Source: Marsupella aquatica
Lineage: Eukaryota; Plantae; Marchantiophyta
Assembly (NCBI GenBank): GCA_973895155.1
Contig: OZ316894.1
Location: 10,509,874-10,573,873, forward strand
Length of the DNA stretch: 64,000 nt
Direction of reading: 5' to 3'
A program made the position numbers and the translations under genes. Below are positions 61,601 through 64,000 of the stretch, piece by piece. Under the pieces are notes generated by a model. It saw nothing but the letters and a program-made list of their open reading frames with translations, did no database searches and was not told where the DNA came from. The first letter of the stretch is position 1, and each line of letters starts with the position of its first letter.

Positions 61601-64000
61601 CATGGCAATGGAAACCCATGATAGATCTATTTGGAGAACATCGATGGCCCAGAAAAATGCAGCTGTCAGATAGGGGGCAGCAGAGACGTACTAGGTAGAA
61701 ACAACTCAGAAGTTTAGGGCAGGGCAATGTGAAAACCTCAATAAATCCATACTGAACACATCAACGGTCCAGAAAAATTCAGCCGGCAGATAGGGGCTTC
61801 AAGGAACCAGGTAGGACAACTTTTCTCGATCATAGATCCTAAACCAGTATACCATTACATTAACTTGACCACAGGTCGTAACCTGACCACGGGTTGGGAC
61901 GCAGGAGTCAGTCAGCAATTAGTTACGTGAAACCCGGCGGTGGACCGTACAGGGATTATCAACCGGTGCAAGGACGTCGCCCGTTATAAAAACCGGTTAA
62001 GCACGATTCTTCTATGTCGCAAACGGTCTCATTCGTGTTTACTACATAAGAAATAAGTCCAATCCTGTTTGCGTCACCGCGCACCGGGACGCGCACCGGA
62101 AGTCCTGAGAGGGACCGGACCCTTCACTTTTAACTCTCTTGTGCGTTATTATTAGGAGTACATTGTTTAACTCTCTTGAGAAGACATCGATATTGTCTCC
62201 GCTTCGAACGACACAACAATCATCACATCGGATGTTGTCGCCCACAGAAAACACCACAATATACTTCACACTTCTCTCGATACATTTAGCCACGATTGGG
62301 CCACGACCACTGCCAGTCGATGCTGTGAACCTGCGATCGTCTGACGTTCATCACGACGACGATAGCCTCTTTACGATACGACCCTCGTCCCCAGTCGAGC
62401 TGAGCCGAGCGCATAGAGCGTGCTAGTACGCTACTACAGTAGTGGTCTCCGTCAATGTTCATGGCCTTGCCCTGCTCGAACCGAATCGAATCGAATCGAA
62501 GCGACGGATTGCTGGAAACGTAACTCTGCAGGTACTGTTTTCTCGAATCAGAAATGTCGAGTTTTAATTTTTATGGTGTTTGCTTCTTGTGCTTCTTGTT
62601 TGCACCTTCGCTACCCGCGCTGCTGCTGCGGTTACTGCATCTCAATGAGTTAGAGAGCGAGTGAGTGTGTGCTTTGTGTGAGTAATTGCTTCTTCGGTAC
62701 TGGAGTGCGTATGAGTTTGGTCGCCGACCTAAGTCTTGAGGTCAAGGTTTTTCACGATGATGAGGATGAGATTGGATTTTTCCTGTGTACAGAACTTTGT
62801 TTGAAGCGGCTTGACGGGAGAACAGACTCCAAGCGTAGGTTGATGGACGAGTCGGGGAGCGGTGTAGTCCGTGTTTCATCGCAGCAGCTGCGGTGTTTTG
62901 GAGAGAAGCGTTTGAGCTGGGAGACGTCGCTTGATCGTCGAGCGTGAGGGGCAGGCTGGGCAAGCAGGCAGGGACGACAAGGGAGGTATCGGGCTATTTC
63001 AGCTGTCATTTTGGAAGCAGGAGCAAGCCTCGCTGTGGCGGTACGGTGGCAGATCCACGATTGGTACGATGATGGCAGAAGAGGTACGTTGCCTTCTTCG
63101 ATTTCGCGAGAGGAAAATTTGGATTTTCTATGAGTAGAGATTGGCGATGAGGACGAGCCCTGTTGCATCGCCAAAAGATCTGCATTATTAAGTCTCAGAG
63201 AACCGCGTCTCTCTTTTACTGTGGCGTCTCTGAGCCATATGATGCCAGAAGAAATGTTCTATAAAACTTAGAAATGGGAGTCACGATTACTATCGCTGGG
63301 AAGTGACTAGAACCTGCCGAATGAAAGAGCAACCTTTGCGCTACAATTTTGTCAACTTTATTTGACGTATTTTGTTGGCGAAATCGGCGGAGATCTAATC
63401 CGCGACCCAGATTATTGGATGTCTAAGAGTGGTGCTAGTGCGTGGAAAACCTCAGGGTATGTAGTTTCTGGTGAGCCTCTGAAGGCATGCTCATCGATTG
63501 AAAGCACGAACGAGCTGCCATCGAGCTTTTAGTGGTCGGGACAGAATTTTCGGGTCTCAGCACTCCCGCAGCATTCATTTCGACAGTTCAAAACCCATGG
63601 AGATCCTGAGCGCAGATCATTCGTTCGATAGGATATCAATGATATTAGGGTTTTGCGTCTACAGTATGCAGATTGTTAATCCCGGTTGCGACATTGGAAA
63701 CTGCATCCCACTCCCGCGCAAGTTAGTCTGGACGGGGAAACTAGCGCCAACTTGTTATTTCGATTCTCCCTTGTAAATTGTAGGGAATTTAATTCATGGC
63801 GTATTATAGCTATTGCTTGGGAGGGCACGCCGCGCCTTTTCCGCTAGCGTTCTTTTGCTTTCTATTGTAGCTTTTGAGAATTTGTCTCAGCTCAAATGAT
63901 TCGTGTGCCACTCTATCTGAAGTAGTCGAGATTCTAGTGTAGTCCCATTTGGACAGTGCCTCTGCAATAGGGATGTGATGGCGCAGAATGCTGGATATTC

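Noticed and set aside
62040-64000. Short ORFs in a CpG-rich terminal region
   Set aside because: No recognisable protein. More likely promoter, 5' UTR and first intron (possible donor CAG|GTACTG at 62531) of a gene continuing beyond the window, which cannot be verified here.

Overview
Eukaryotic, intron-containing land-plant DNA (probably a non-seed plant; inferred only from protein similarity). No prokaryotic features, rRNA, tRNA or CRISPR array were seen. The first 26.2 kb is one nest of transposons whose junctions can be read to the base. A decayed Ty1/copia LTR retrotransposon (5' LTR outside the window, 3' LTR 25869-26213) is interrupted by a 329-bp TIR element (977-1305, 8-bp TSD) and by a 20.8-kb CACTA/En-Spm transposon (2161-22996, TSD ATT). 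The CACTA is itself interrupted by an L1-type LINE (12233-16714, 13-bp TSD). Besides TnpD transposase and a TnpA-like gene, the CACTA carries co-oriented, lightly decayed cargo ORFs: an EDM2-type PHD-finger cluster, a tandem BRCT protein resembling the DNA polymerase lambda BRCT, and an F-box protein. This chromatin-reader / DNA-repair adaptor / ubiquitin-ligase adaptor set is the best candidate for an undescribed system. The rest of the window holds two duplicated mitochondrial-type group 3 LEA genes (one with a second LINE upstream, the other apparently frameshifted), a 4-exon glycine cleavage H-protein gene, a 5-exon SEC23A-like gene, a fold-back element and several minisatellites. Family assignments rest on recalled motifs, not on database searches.
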